DNA of 64,000 bases from Thermoproteota archaeon. GTDB taxonomy: Archaea > Thermoproteota > Thermoprotei > Gearchaeales > Gearchaeaceae. Both the position numbers and the translations under genes were made by a program. Below the pieces are notes generated by a model. The model ran no database searches. It was given only the letters and a program-made list of their open reading frames with translations, and was not told the origin of the DNA. Position 1 is the first letter of the stretch; every line of letters begins with the position of its first letter. Where the stretch lies: positions 416,001 to 480,000 of the forward strand of contig JAVVGF010000001.1 in assembly GCA_032249235.1 (NCBI GenBank), written 5' to 3'. This document shows, one piece after another, positions 23,935-33,317 of this stretch.

Positions 23935-24411
23935 ATGTACGTTGAACAGGCGTTTCAAGAATTAGAAAAAGTACTCGCAGATTATGGAGTAAAGATCAAG
24001 AGCTCTAATGTCAATAGACATGTAGTCAATGATGTGTATCATGAAATGCTCAAAATAAAAGATGAATTAAAAGATGAAATAAAAAAATTAAATATTGTTA
24101 GAAGAAACATAGATAAAAAACTAAATTCAAAAGAGTTTATTTTTATAAAGAATAATTTTGAAATAACAGAAAAAGATCTTGACCCAGAAAGATATAAAAG
24201 CTTTGAGGAAATAAAATTTATTCTCGAAGCAAAGACCTATCATGCATACAATTGGGATAGTTTTTTAGAATATTGGTATTCATATTACGAAATAATGAAT
24301 AAAATAAAATATTTATTAAGTGAATTTAAAAATAAATTAAAATTAATAAATTATTATATGAATATAAAAGCTGATCCAACGCCTTTCATTGATGCTATCA
24401 TTAAAGAGTAA
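23935..24411 (+). CDS. Hypothetical helical protein
   Basis: 158-aa ORF filling the gap between bcp and the aldehyde dehydrogenase gene; no recognised motif. Confidence 0.6.
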   Translation: MYVEQAFQELEKVLADYGVKIKSSNVNRHVVNDVYHEMLKIKDELKDEIKKLNIVRRNIDKKLNSKEFIFIKNNFEITEKDLDPERYKSFEEIKFILEAKTYHAYNWDSFLEYWYSYYEIMNKIKYLLSEFKNKLKLINYYMNIKADPTPFIDAIIKE

Positions 24412-24446
24412 TTCAAATATATTTATGGCTTCAGATATTAAAGTAT

Positions 24447-26018
24447 ATGAGTGAAAAAATAACCTATGTTACTTTGCTTGCAGACGAGCGAATACATCCG
24501 AATTATGAAAAAGCTTTAAAAGAAGTTGAAAAAGAATTCGGAAAGCATCATCCCTTATATATCGGTGATGGTGAAATTTATTCATCTGAAGAATTTGAAA
24601 AAAGAAGTCCTATCGATACTAGAATTTTATTAGGATATTTCCAACAGGCAAATGTCAATCATATAAAGGAGGCTATTGAAGTAGCTAAAAAAGCATTTAA
24701 AGATTGGAGCTCATACGATTATAAAGAAAGGATAAGAATATTCAGAAAAGTAGCAGATACGATTGAGAAAAATCTCTATCATATCGCTGCATGGATAACT
24801 TATGAAGTAGGTAAAAATAGGTTAGAAGCAATTGCAGAAGTATATGAAGCAATCGATGCTATTAGATATTACTGCAAATTATATGAAGAAAACGAAGGTT
24901 ATGTTAAAAAAATGGGGCCTGGTGCTCCTGGTGAAATATGCTATAGCGTAGCTAAGCCATATGGCGTATGGGTTGTAATTTCTCCATTCAATTTCCCCTT
25001 TATGTTGGCAAATGGTATGTGCTTAGGTGCGCTATTAACAGGCAATACTGTAGTTTTTAAACCTACATCTGAAGCTCCGGTGGGAGGATTATTATTATAT
25101 AGAATGTATAGGGAAGGAGGCATTCCTGCTGGAGTCATTAATTATTTAACTGGACCAGGTTCTATTTTCGAAGATGAAATAACAAAGAACCAAGATATAG
25201 CAGGTATTGCTTTTACTGGGTCTAGAGAAGTAGGTATGAAGCTTTATCGTAAATTCACAGCAAATGCTCAATATCCAAAGCCTATTATACTTGAAACAGG
25301 AAGTAAAAATCCAGTAATCGTTACGAAGCATGCTGATTTAGATAAGGCTGTAGAAGGAATTGTTAGAGCTGCTTTCGGTTATTCAAATCAAAAATGTAGT
25401 GCTGCATCAAGGGTTTATGTGCAAAACGAAATAAAAGATATTTTCCTTCAAAAACTAATAGAAAGGACAAAGAAAATAGTTGTCGGAGATCCAAGGAAAA
25501 GAGAAACTTTCATGGGGCCCGTTATAAATAAAAGGGCGGTAGAAAATTACTCAAGATATATCGATGATGCAATTGTAGCTGGAGGAAAAATAATATATGG
25601 AGGAAAAGTTTTAAAAGAAGGAGATTTCGCTTATGGTTTTTATGTAGAACCTACAATAATTACCGATTTACCTCATAATCATTACTTATTTAAGCAAGAA
25701 CTATTCGTTCCTATTCTTCTAATTGATACCTTCAATACTCTAGATGAAGCGTTAGCTAAAGCAAATGATACAGAATATGGTTTAACTGCAGGAATATTTA
25801 GCGAAAAGGAAGAGGAGATAAAGTATTTCTTCGATAACATACAATTCGGAGTTGTTTATGCTAATAGAAGAGGTGGAGCAACGACAGGTGCATGGCCAGG
25901 AGCACAAACTTTTGTAGGATGGAAGGCTTCTGGTGCTACAGGAAAAGGTGTAGGAGGTCCTTATTATCTCTTGCAGTATTTAAGAGAGCAAGCTCAAACA
26001 GTAGTTAAAGAAAGTTGA
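24447..26018 (+). CDS. Aldehyde dehydrogenase, 1-pyrroline-5-carboxylate dehydrogenase-like
   Basis: ISPFNFP, FTGS, LETGSKN, QKCSA (catalytic Cys), NRRGGATTGA. Confidence 0.88.
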   Translation: MSEKITYVTLLADERIHPNYEKALKEVEKEFGKHHPLYIGDGEIYSSEEFEKRSPIDTRILLGYFQQANVNHIKEAIEVAKKAFKDWSSYDYKERIRIFRKVADTIEKNLYHIAAWITYEVGKNRLEAIAEVYEAIDAIRYYCKLYEENEGYVKKMGPGAPGEICYSVAKPYGVWVVISPFNFPFMLANGMCLGALLTGNTVVFKPTSEAPVGGLLLYRMYREGGIPAGVINYLTGPGSIFEDEITKNQDIAGIAFTGSREVGMKLYRKFTANAQYPKPIILETGSKNPVIVTKHADLDKAVEGIVRAAFGYSNQKCSAASRVYVQNEIKDIFLQKLIERTKKIVVGDPRKRETFMGPVINKRAVENYSRYIDDAIVAGGKIIYGGKVLKEGDFAYGFYVEPTIITDLPHNHYLFKQELFVPILLIDTFNTLDEALAKANDTEYGLTAGIFSEKEEEIKYFFDNIQFGVVYANRRGGATTGAWPGAQTFVGWKASGATGKGVGGPYYLLQYLREQAQTVVKES

Positions 26019-26236
26019 AAAAGAAGTATCCTAGAAACGAAGATATTAGAGAAGCAATAAGGAAATCTACATTTTATATAGGGCATCCTCACGATTTTCC
26101 TGATCATATAATGCAAACTCTAATTGATGAAGGATTTGATGTCTCATTTTTGAATAGAAGAAGAATATGGAGATTATATGAAGAAATGGTCAAAAAGAAG
26201 CAAATCGAAGATTTCCTAGACGTTGTGCTAAAGTAA
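26015..26236 (+). CDS. Small conserved hypothetical protein
   Basis: 73 aa, TTGA overlap with the upstream stop; RIWRLYEEMV...DFLDVV. Confidence 0.65.
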   Translation: MKKKYPRNEDIREAIRKSTFYIGHPHDFPDHIMQTLIDEGFDVSFLNRRRIWRLYEEMVKKKQIEDFLDVVLK

Positions 26237-27319
26237 TCATCTTTCTCTTTTTCCTTCTATAAACTCCTCTAACATTGTTCTTGCTATCTCATCTGGATAT
26301 TGAATAGGAGGCGATTTCATAAAGTATGCACTTGGACTGATTAAAGGTCCTCCTATTCCTCTGTCTAAAGCTAGTTTCATGCATCTTATAGCATCTATTA
26401 CAATGCCTGCAGAATTAGGAGCATCCCATACTTCTAATTTTAGTTCAATATTTATAGGAGCATCGCCAAATCCTCTTCCTTCAATTCTTATATATGCCCA
26501 TTTCCTTCCTTGAAGCCATTTAACATAATCGCTAGGACCAATATGAATGTTATCTTCCCCAATATCATATGGGATTAAAGAAGTAACAGCCTGAGTTTTA
26601 GATATCTTCTTAGATTCTAATCTTTCTCTTTCAAGCATGTTTAGAAAATCAGTATCTCCGCCTATATTCAGCTGGAATGTCCTATCTATTTTTATACCTC
26701 TATCAACAAACAATTTAACTAAGGTTCTGTGTAATATTGTAGCTCCCAATTGCGATTTAACATCATCTCCGATAATAGGAACATTTCTTTTATAAAATAT
26801 TTCTTGCCATCTTTTTTCTCTTGCAATGAAAACAGGTATGGCATTTATAAATCCTACTCTTGCTTCCAAGGCTTGTTCAACATACCATTTAGTCGCTGAT
26901 TCGCTACCTACTGGTAAGTAGTTGATTACGAGATCAGCTTGTGAACTCTTCAATACATCTGCAACATCTACTGTTGGTGATGGATGTTTCTCAATAATCT
27001 TTTGCAAATATTTTCCCAAACTATCATGTGTCATACCTCGCATAACTTCAACTCCTAATTTTGGTACTTCAGCAAATTTTATAGTACAATTAGGAGGTTG
27101 AAAAATAGCTTCGCTTAAATCCTTTCCTACCTTGTTCTTATCGATATCAAAGGCTGCCACAAATTCTATATCCCCAACATGATATCCTCCAAGTCTAACA
27201 TGCATCAAACCTGGTACGAACTTGTCATCATCAACGTTCTTGTAATAATGAACACCTTGAACTAAGGCGGAGGCAGAATTACCTACCCCGATAATTGCTA
27301 CTCTTATTTTTCTTTGCAT
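26237..27319 (-). CDS. ino1: myo-inositol-1-phosphate synthase
   Basis: [41 protein letters not shown]. Confidence 0.96.
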   Translation of the reverse strand: MQRKIRVAIIGVGNSASALVQGVHYYKNVDDDKFVPGLMHVRLGGYHVGDIEFVAAFDIDKNKVGKDLSEAIFQPPNCTIKFAEVPKLGVEVMRGMTHDSLGKYLQKIIEKHPSPTVDVADVLKSSQADLVINYLPVGSESATKWYVEQALEARVGFINAIPVFIAREKRWQEIFYKRNVPIIGDDVKSQLGATILHRTLVKLFVDRGIKIDRTFQLNIGGDTDFLNMLERERLESKKISKTQAVTSLIPYDIGEDNIHIGPSDYVKWLQGRKWAYIRIEGRGFGDAPINIELKLEVWDAPNSAGIVIDAIRCMKLALDRGIGGPLISPSAYFMKSPPIQYPDEIARTMLEEFIEGKRER

Positions 27320-27397
27320 AGGATAGTAAGTGAATATGCCTTTTTAAGTTTTTGAAGGTATAAAAATTCATATAAATAGATACAAAAAATTTAATTA

Positions 27398-27685
27398 GTG
27401 GTAATGCACTTCATTTTAAGAATGTCAAAAGATAAGAGTAATGGATTTAATATAAAGGACTACATATTATACTTTGCAACGGTCGTTTTGTTGCTATTAT
27501 TATATTTGTATCTAGGAAATTTCGGCAACATCTTCGAACCAGTATCGCAGTCCACTGAAAAAATTGCTTTCATATATAAGGTAACGTATTATGCTGCAGG
27601 AGTTATCTTTTCTCTTTTCGTAGGGGCTTTAATATATTTTACTTTAAGATTTTGGGATAGAGGTGAGAAAGATGGGGTTAGCTAA
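27398..27685 (+). CDS. Two-TM small protein, probable membrane part of a split oxidase subunit II or an accessory subunit
   Basis: Two hydrophobic helices; first gene of the oxidase operon and overlaps the next gene; likely start ATG 27422. Confidence 0.65.
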   Translation: MVMHFILRMSKDKSNGFNIKDYILYFATVVLLLLLYLYLGNFGNIFEPVSQSTEKIAFIYKVTYYAAGVIFSLFVGALIYFTLRFWDRGEKDGVS

Positions 27686-28115
27686 GATATTTGAATGGAC
27701 TACGATAATAGGAGCTTCTGCATTATTCTTAGCTCTATCAATCATTTCTGCTATAATACTATATCAAATAAATTATCCTTTGGCGTCTGCATCGGGCAAT
27801 AATAACAACAATAACTTTGAAACTATTAAGGTAGTTGCACATCAATTCTATTGGGAATTCAAGTATCCTAACGGTACTACAGCACCGAGTCTTAAGATAA
27901 AAGCTAATCAAATGTATTTGCTCGAAATAACTTCTGCAGATGTAATACATTCATTTTTCATTCCAGAATTAGGTTTAAAGCAAGATGCTTATCCTAATTA
28001 TACTACAAGAATATGGCTTAATATTACGCAACCAGGTATATATCATGTGTATTGTACTGAATATTGCGGTACAGGGCATCATACTATGATTACGATAATA
28101 ACTGTGGTGAGTTAA
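27663..28115 (+). CDS. coxB: Heme-copper oxidase subunit II, CuA domain
   Basis: AHQFYWEF, DVIHSF and CTEYCGTGHHTM CuA ligands; single TM. Confidence 0.93.
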   Translation: MRKMGLAKIFEWTTIIGASALFLALSIISAIILYQINYPLASASGNNNNNNFETIKVVAHQFYWEFKYPNGTTAPSLKIKANQMYLLEITSADVIHSFFIPELGLKQDAYPNYTTRIWLNITQPGIYHVYCTEYCGTGHHTMITIITVVS

Positions 28116-28116
28116 G

Positions 28117-30477
28117 ATGGAACACGAAAACTTTAAGTTTTATAAGAATTGGCGAACTCTCCTATCAACAACGCATCATACTGAAATAGGAATATTATAT
28201 CTCTGGACAGCTTTCATCAACTTTTTATTAGCAGGAGCTTCGGCATCGATAATGCGTCTCCAATTAGGAGGGTTGAACGGTATTGTGACTCCTGATACTT
28301 ATTACAGTTTAGTTACTTTGCATGGATTAGCAATGCTATTGTTCTTCGTTCCTCCTGCTTTCACTGGATTGGCAAACTATGTTTTACCTAAAATGATAGG
28401 TGCACCAGATTTATATTGGCCAAAAATAAATGCTCTTGCTTATTGGATGTTCGCTTCAGCTTCAGCATTATTATGGTCAAGTTTGCTCATTGGCTATGCA
28501 CCCTTAGGCTGGACACTCTATCCACCTAATTCAATAATAATTCCCGATCCTGGCGTTGATATAGTTATCTTAGCAGTAGTTTTAGTGGGTATAAGTACGG
28601 TAATCAGTGCTATAAACTTCTTGATGACTATAATAAGATTAAGACATCCTAGTGTTAAATTCTCACTTTCAACATTACCTTTATTCGTTTGGGCTTTTTT
28701 GGCAACCATATTATTAATGATAGTTGCACTTCCTCCACTAGCTATCGGAGGAATTATGCTTGTATTGGAAAGGCACTGGGGTGCTCAATTCTTCATGGGT
28801 ACGGGCGACTCTTTATTATGGCCGCATATTTTCTGGTTCTTCGGTCATCCTGAAGTTTACATATTAGTTTTGCCTGCATTTGGTGTTGTTTCTGAAGTAA
28901 TACCAAGAATGGCAAGGAAGCCAATATATGGTAGAAGAGCTATAGCATTATCTTCAATACTCATCGCTTTCATATCTTATTTTGTTTGGGTTCATCATAT
29001 GTTCACTACCCCAACCTCCTTAGCTATTGATATAGCTTTCATGGTAACTACCGTAGCTGTAGCCGTTCCAACAGGTATAAAAGTCTTTAACTGGGTTGCA
29101 ACGCTTTATGGAGGTAGAATAAGAGTTTGTTCACCCATGGTATTCTCATTAGCTTTTGTGGGAATATTCATCATAGGAGGAATAACTGGTGTATGGCTCG
29201 CATGGATTCCTTTTGATTATGCTGTTCATGGAACTTACTTTGTATTAGCACACTTCCACTTCGTTGTATGGCCTATTGTTTTTGCATTCATATCAGGCAT
29301 ATATTATTACTTCCCATACATGACAGGTAAAATGTTCAGTGAAAAATTAAGTAAAGTTAGCTTTGTTTTATTAGTAATTGGAGTCTTAGGGACTTATTTA
29401 CCATGGATTCAATTAGGACTTCTAGGAATGCCAAGAAGATATTATTCTTATCCTTCAGAATATGATTTCTGGCAACAAATATCTACAATCTTTACATTCT
29501 TCATAATAACTGGAATATTAGTTTTCATTGTTGATATACTAAGGAGCATAAGGAATGGTAAGCCTGTTGCAAACAAAGAAGACCCATGGGGAGCTGCGAA
29601 GTTAGGAATTCCCGATTTCGCACCTGTGAAGCATACAATAGCTTTGAATGGTTCAGCTTTTGAATATCACTATCCTCATCCATATCCTGCAATTGTAGGT
29701 TTACTTTCTTCTGTGGCAACAGTAGGAGGATATTTCCTCTTAATAGGTAATTATGCATTTGGTTTCATGGCTATTACTGCATTCTTAATAGCTCTTGTAT
29801 ATTGGTTCGCAAAAGATTATCTTAGCAGCTTCTCAAAGCTAGCAAGATACTTAGCAGAGTTATCATTAGAAAAGCTTGAAAGAGCAAGAAGGAGCGATGC
29901 TTTAGTTGGTACTTTATGGTTTATATTCTCAGAAGCCATGATTTTCGGTACAGCTTTCACTGCATATTTCTTCCTCCGAGCATCCTACGTTGCGAGATTT
30001 GGTCAATGGCCTCCTGTAGGTGTTCATTTGGTTGAAACATTCCCAGTACTGGTAAATTCCATTTTCTTATTCACAAGCGGATTTACGATGCATTTTGCTT
30101 ATCTCAGCTTCTCTAAAGGCAATATTAAGAGATTCAGGATTTTGTTATATTTAACCTTTATACTAGGCTCAATATTCATAGCAGGACAAATAAGAGAATA
30201 TATTACTTCTGGTCTATCGATATCTGATACAATTTATGGAAGTACCTTCTATCTAATAACAGGTTTACACGGTTTCCACGTAATAATAGGTTTAGTATTC
30301 ATGGTAGCGCTAATTGCTATGTTGTTAAAAGGATTTTTGAGCTTAGAAAGGAAGGCAATGGTCGAATCTGCTACAATTTATTGGCACTTTGTAGATATAG
30401 TTTGGGTTTTCGTATTAGCTATAGTTTACTTCAACTTAGCAGGAGTAATAGCAAGTTATTGCGGTATTCACTTCTAG
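28117..30477 (+). CDS. Heme-copper oxidase subunit I/III fusion (A1 type, SoxM-like)
   Basis: FGHPEVY, WVHH, HFH, D-channel Asp (APDL), K-channel Lys (PTGIK); C-terminal subunit III motifs TGLHGFHV and YWHFVD. Confidence 0.95.
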   Translation: MEHENFKFYKNWRTLLSTTHHTEIGILYLWTAFINFLLAGASASIMRLQLGGLNGIVTPDTYYSLVTLHGLAMLLFFVPPAFTGLANYVLPKMIGAPDLYWPKINALAYWMFASASALLWSSLLIGYAPLGWTLYPPNSIIIPDPGVDIVILAVVLVGISTVISAINFLMTIIRLRHPSVKFSLSTLPLFVWAFLATILLMIVALPPLAIGGIMLVLERHWGAQFFMGTGDSLLWPHIFWFFGHPEVYILVLPAFGVVSEVIPRMARKPIYGRRAIALSSILIAFISYFVWVHHMFTTPTSLAIDIAFMVTTVAVAVPTGIKVFNWVATLYGGRIRVCSPMVFSLAFVGIFIIGGITGVWLAWIPFDYAVHGTYFVLAHFHFVVWPIVFAFISGIYYYFPYMTGKMFSEKLSKVSFVLLVIGVLGTYLPWIQLGLLGMPRRYYSYPSEYDFWQQISTIFTFFIITGILVFIVDILRSIRNGKPVANKEDPWGAAKLGIPDFAPVKHTIALNGSAFEYHYPHPYPAIVGLLSSVATVGGYFLLIGNYAFGFMAITAFLIALVYWFAKDYLSSFSKLARYLAELSLEKLERARRSDALVGTLWFIFSEAMIFGTAFTAYFFLRASYVARFGQWPPVGVHLVETFPVLVNSIFLFTSGFTMHFAYLSFSKGNIKRFRILLYLTFILGSIFIAGQIREYITSGLSISDTIYGSTFYLITGLHGFHVIIGLVFMVALIAMLLKGFLSLERKAMVESATIYWHFVDIVWVFVLAIVYFNLAGVIASYCGIHF

Positions 30478-30908
30478 ACATCTAAAATAACTCTAGCAAA
30501 CCAATTTCCATTTTTTTCTTTTAGTTCAAACATATGCATCGTTACAGCTTTAACATCTACAAGCGTATCATGTTTTTTTGGATCCAATTTTTCTCCATAT
30601 GCTTTAACCTTTGCAATTTTTTTATCATTTGTATAAATTTTTATTTCAAATTCAGAAAATAAGATGTTTTCAGTATCTTTATAATAAATTAGTTCTTGAA
30701 GAAAATTAAATAGCAATAATTCTAAATCTTGTGCTATGACTTCAAATTCCCTTACTTCTTTCCTTTCTATAGAATCTAAATTCAATACCATTGCATTTGT
30801 TATTGCTTTTCCCGCATATCTGAATAGATCTTCAATACTTCTTGCATTAACTTCAAAAGCTAAATCTGCAATCGCTATATCTTCCAAAAATTTATAGCCT
30901 TCGTTCAT
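30474..30908 (-). CDS. Archease
   Basis: YKFLEDIAIAD, DVKAVTMH, C-terminal VILDV. Confidence 0.93.
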   Translation of the reverse strand: MNEGYKFLEDIAIADLAFEVNARSIEDLFRYAGKAITNAMVLNLDSIERKEVREFEVIAQDLELLLFNFLQELIYYKDTENILFSEFEIKIYTNDKKIAKVKAYGEKLDPKKHDTLVDVKAVTMHMFELKEKNGNWFARVILDV

Positions 30909-31800
30909 TTATGATGCACTCTTTTAAATTATTCTCAATTTCTTTCTCAAATTCCTTAATTTTCTCTCCTACAAACAGTATTCTGTTTGAACTATAATCA
31001 AATTTTTCATAGCTTATCCTTCCTGCTACGTAATTGAATAAGTAGCTTCCTTCTTGAAATATTACAAAACCTTTACCTCTATATACTCTTTTTGGTAAAC
31101 CTAATAAGAAATTTTCAAATTTTTCTTTATCTAAAATTCCTTTGAATTCAATGTATATGCTATCGTATATTTCATCATGAACTATAAATTCTCTTTTTTT
31201 AACTTCTTTTTCAATGAAATAACCGAAAAACATTGAATAATCAAGATCACCATTACAATATTTAGTTTTAAATAACACCGCTCTATCGTTTATTGATCTA
31301 ACTTTAGATTCAACAATTTTTAAATCATCTTCGCTAACTAAATCTATTTTATTAATCAATATGAAGTCAGCCATTTCTATTTGTATCCTTCCTGTATATC
31401 CTATTTCAGGAAATCTTACCATGCTATCTGCGTCAACAATAGTTATGATGTTATCTAGAATGACTTCTTGGATGTTTTCTAAATTCACTAGGAGAGCATC
31501 TGGTTCTGCAATACCTGTTGTTTCTACGATTATATAATCTGGCTTAACCTTTTCTTTAATCTCTTTTATTGCATATTCGAACTCGCCTGTTAATGAACAA
31601 CAAACACAACCTCCTTGCAACTCAATCATGTTCACAGCTTTTCCTTTTATTACTTCTGCATCTATAGCTATTTCCCCAAATTCATTCATTATTATAGCTA
31701 TTTTTCTGTTTATTCGATCTAAGTTATCTATTATTCTTCTAAGAAAAGTTGTTTTACCTGCACCTAGATATCCAGAAACAATTATGATTGGTATCCTCAT
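30892..31800 (-). CDS. COG0523 (CobW/ZNG1/YjiA family) G3E metallochaperone GTPase
   Basis: SGYLGAGKTT, NEFGE, GCVCC (CxCC), VETTG, NKID, CobW_C-like RVYRGKG. Confidence 0.93.
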   Translation of the reverse strand: MRIPIIIVSGYLGAGKTTFLRRIIDNLDRINRKIAIIMNEFGEIAIDAEVIKGKAVNMIELQGGCVCCSLTGEFEYAIKEIKEKVKPDYIIVETTGIAEPDALLVNLENIQEVILDNIITIVDADSMVRFPEIGYTGRIQIEMADFILINKIDLVSEDDLKIVESKVRSINDRAVLFKTKYCNGDLDYSMFFGYFIEKEVKKREFIVHDEIYDSIYIEFKGILDKEKFENFLLGLPKRVYRGKGFVIFQEGSYLFNYVAGRISYEKFDYSSNRILFVGEKIKEFEKEIENNLKECIINERRL

Positions 31801-31804
31801 GAGC

Positions 31805-33256
31805 TTATCCTTTTATGTTACCTATAGGCACGAGCCTTACAACTTTCTTAGATAATTCAGCTCTTGCTACAGCATCTACCACTTCATCTATGGATTTGTA
31901 TGCACCACCAAATTCTTCTGCTACCCCAGAATAAGATACACTTCTTACTATTATTCCTCTTTTTTCCATATCTTTAATCAATTGTTCTCCTCTAACTAGC
32001 TGTCTTGCTTTTGTTCTACTCATTGTTCTTCCGCTTCCGTGACATGTTGTTCCAAATGTTTCCTGCATTGCTTTATTCGTTCCTAATAAAAGATATGAAC
32101 CTGTCTCCATGCTTCCTCCTATTATTACTGGTTGTCCAATTTCTTTATACATTGCAGGAATGTCTTCACTTCCAGGTCCGAATGCTCTTGTAGCTCCTTT
32201 TCTATGAACTAAAACTTTCATCCTTTTTCCATCAACGATGTGTTCTTCAAGTTTTGCAGTATTGTGTGCTACATCATAAACTTGGTGCAATCCTAGTTTT
32301 TCAGGATCGCTGTTGAATATTTTAGAAAAGACTTCTCTGATTCTATGCAATATTACTTGCCTGTTAGCAAAAGACATGTTTATACCACATTTCATAGCTG
32401 CGAAATAATCTTGTCCTTCTTTAGAGTTGAAAGGTGCGCATGCTAATTCTCTATCTAGTATTTTAATACCATATTTTCTTTCCATTACATTCAAGAATAC
32501 TTGTAAATAGTCTGTAGCAACTTGATGACCGAAACCTCTGCTTCCGCAATGAAACATGATTACAATTTGATTTTCAAATATTCCCAATCTTTTAGCCATT
32601 TCTGGATCGGCGATATTTTCAGGCTTAACCCATTGGATTTCCAAATAATGATTTCCTGAACCAAGTGTTCCGATTTGATCAATGCCTCTATTGATTGCTT
32701 TTTGGCTTATCTTGGATGGATCTGCTCCTTTAATGCAACCATTTTCTTCTGTTCTTTCAAGATCCTCTTCCCAACCATATCCTTGTTCTACGCACCATTT
32801 AGCTCCTGCTTGTAATACTTCAATGAATTGTGAATGAGTTAACTTAAGAAATCCTGTTGCGCCTACGCCTGCTGGAACGCGTTGAAATAGCATATCTACG
32901 AGTTCTCTTAATTTTGGTCTTACTTCGTTGTATGTTAAATTTGTTAATACCATTCTCATTCCGCAGTTTATATCAAAACCAATTCCTCCAGGTGATATTA
33001 CGCCGTTTTCTGCATCCATTGCTGCTACACCTCCTATTGGAAAGCCATATCCTGAGTGTCCATCAGGCATTACATATGAATATTTTAAGATACCTGGTAA
33101 AGTTGAAACGTTCAATGCTTGTGTGAATACCATTTCATCCATTTCTCTTAGTAATTTTTCAGTAGCATATATTCTAACTGGAACACGCATGTCGCTTCTA
33201 TATCCTTTAGGTATTTCCCAAACTACTTCAGAAATTCTCTGAATTTTAGGTAACAT
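31805..33256 (-). CDS. rtcB: RNA-splicing ligase RtcB
   Basis: MPDGHSGYGFPIGG, DINCG, GSGNHYLE, HCGSRG, HN, CHGSGR. Confidence 0.98.
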   Translation of the reverse strand: MLPKIQRISEVVWEIPKGYRSDMRVPVRIYATEKLLREMDEMVFTQALNVSTLPGILKYSYVMPDGHSGYGFPIGGVAAMDAENGVISPGGIGFDINCGMRMVLTNLTYNEVRPKLRELVDMLFQRVPAGVGATGFLKLTHSQFIEVLQAGAKWCVEQGYGWEEDLERTEENGCIKGADPSKISQKAINRGIDQIGTLGSGNHYLEIQWVKPENIADPEMAKRLGIFENQIVIMFHCGSRGFGHQVATDYLQVFLNVMERKYGIKILDRELACAPFNSKEGQDYFAAMKCGINMSFANRQVILHRIREVFSKIFNSDPEKLGLHQVYDVAHNTAKLEEHIVDGKRMKVLVHRKGATRAFGPGSEDIPAMYKEIGQPVIIGGSMETGSYLLLGTNKAMQETFGTTCHGSGRTMSRTKARQLVRGEQLIKDMEKRGIIVRSVSYSGVAEEFGGAYKSIDEVVDAVARAELSKKVVRLVPIGNIKG

Positions 33257-33317
33257 ACTGCAGAATATAATTCCAAAGAATGATATTTAAATCTAAGTTT
33301 ATAACTTAATAGCTTGA

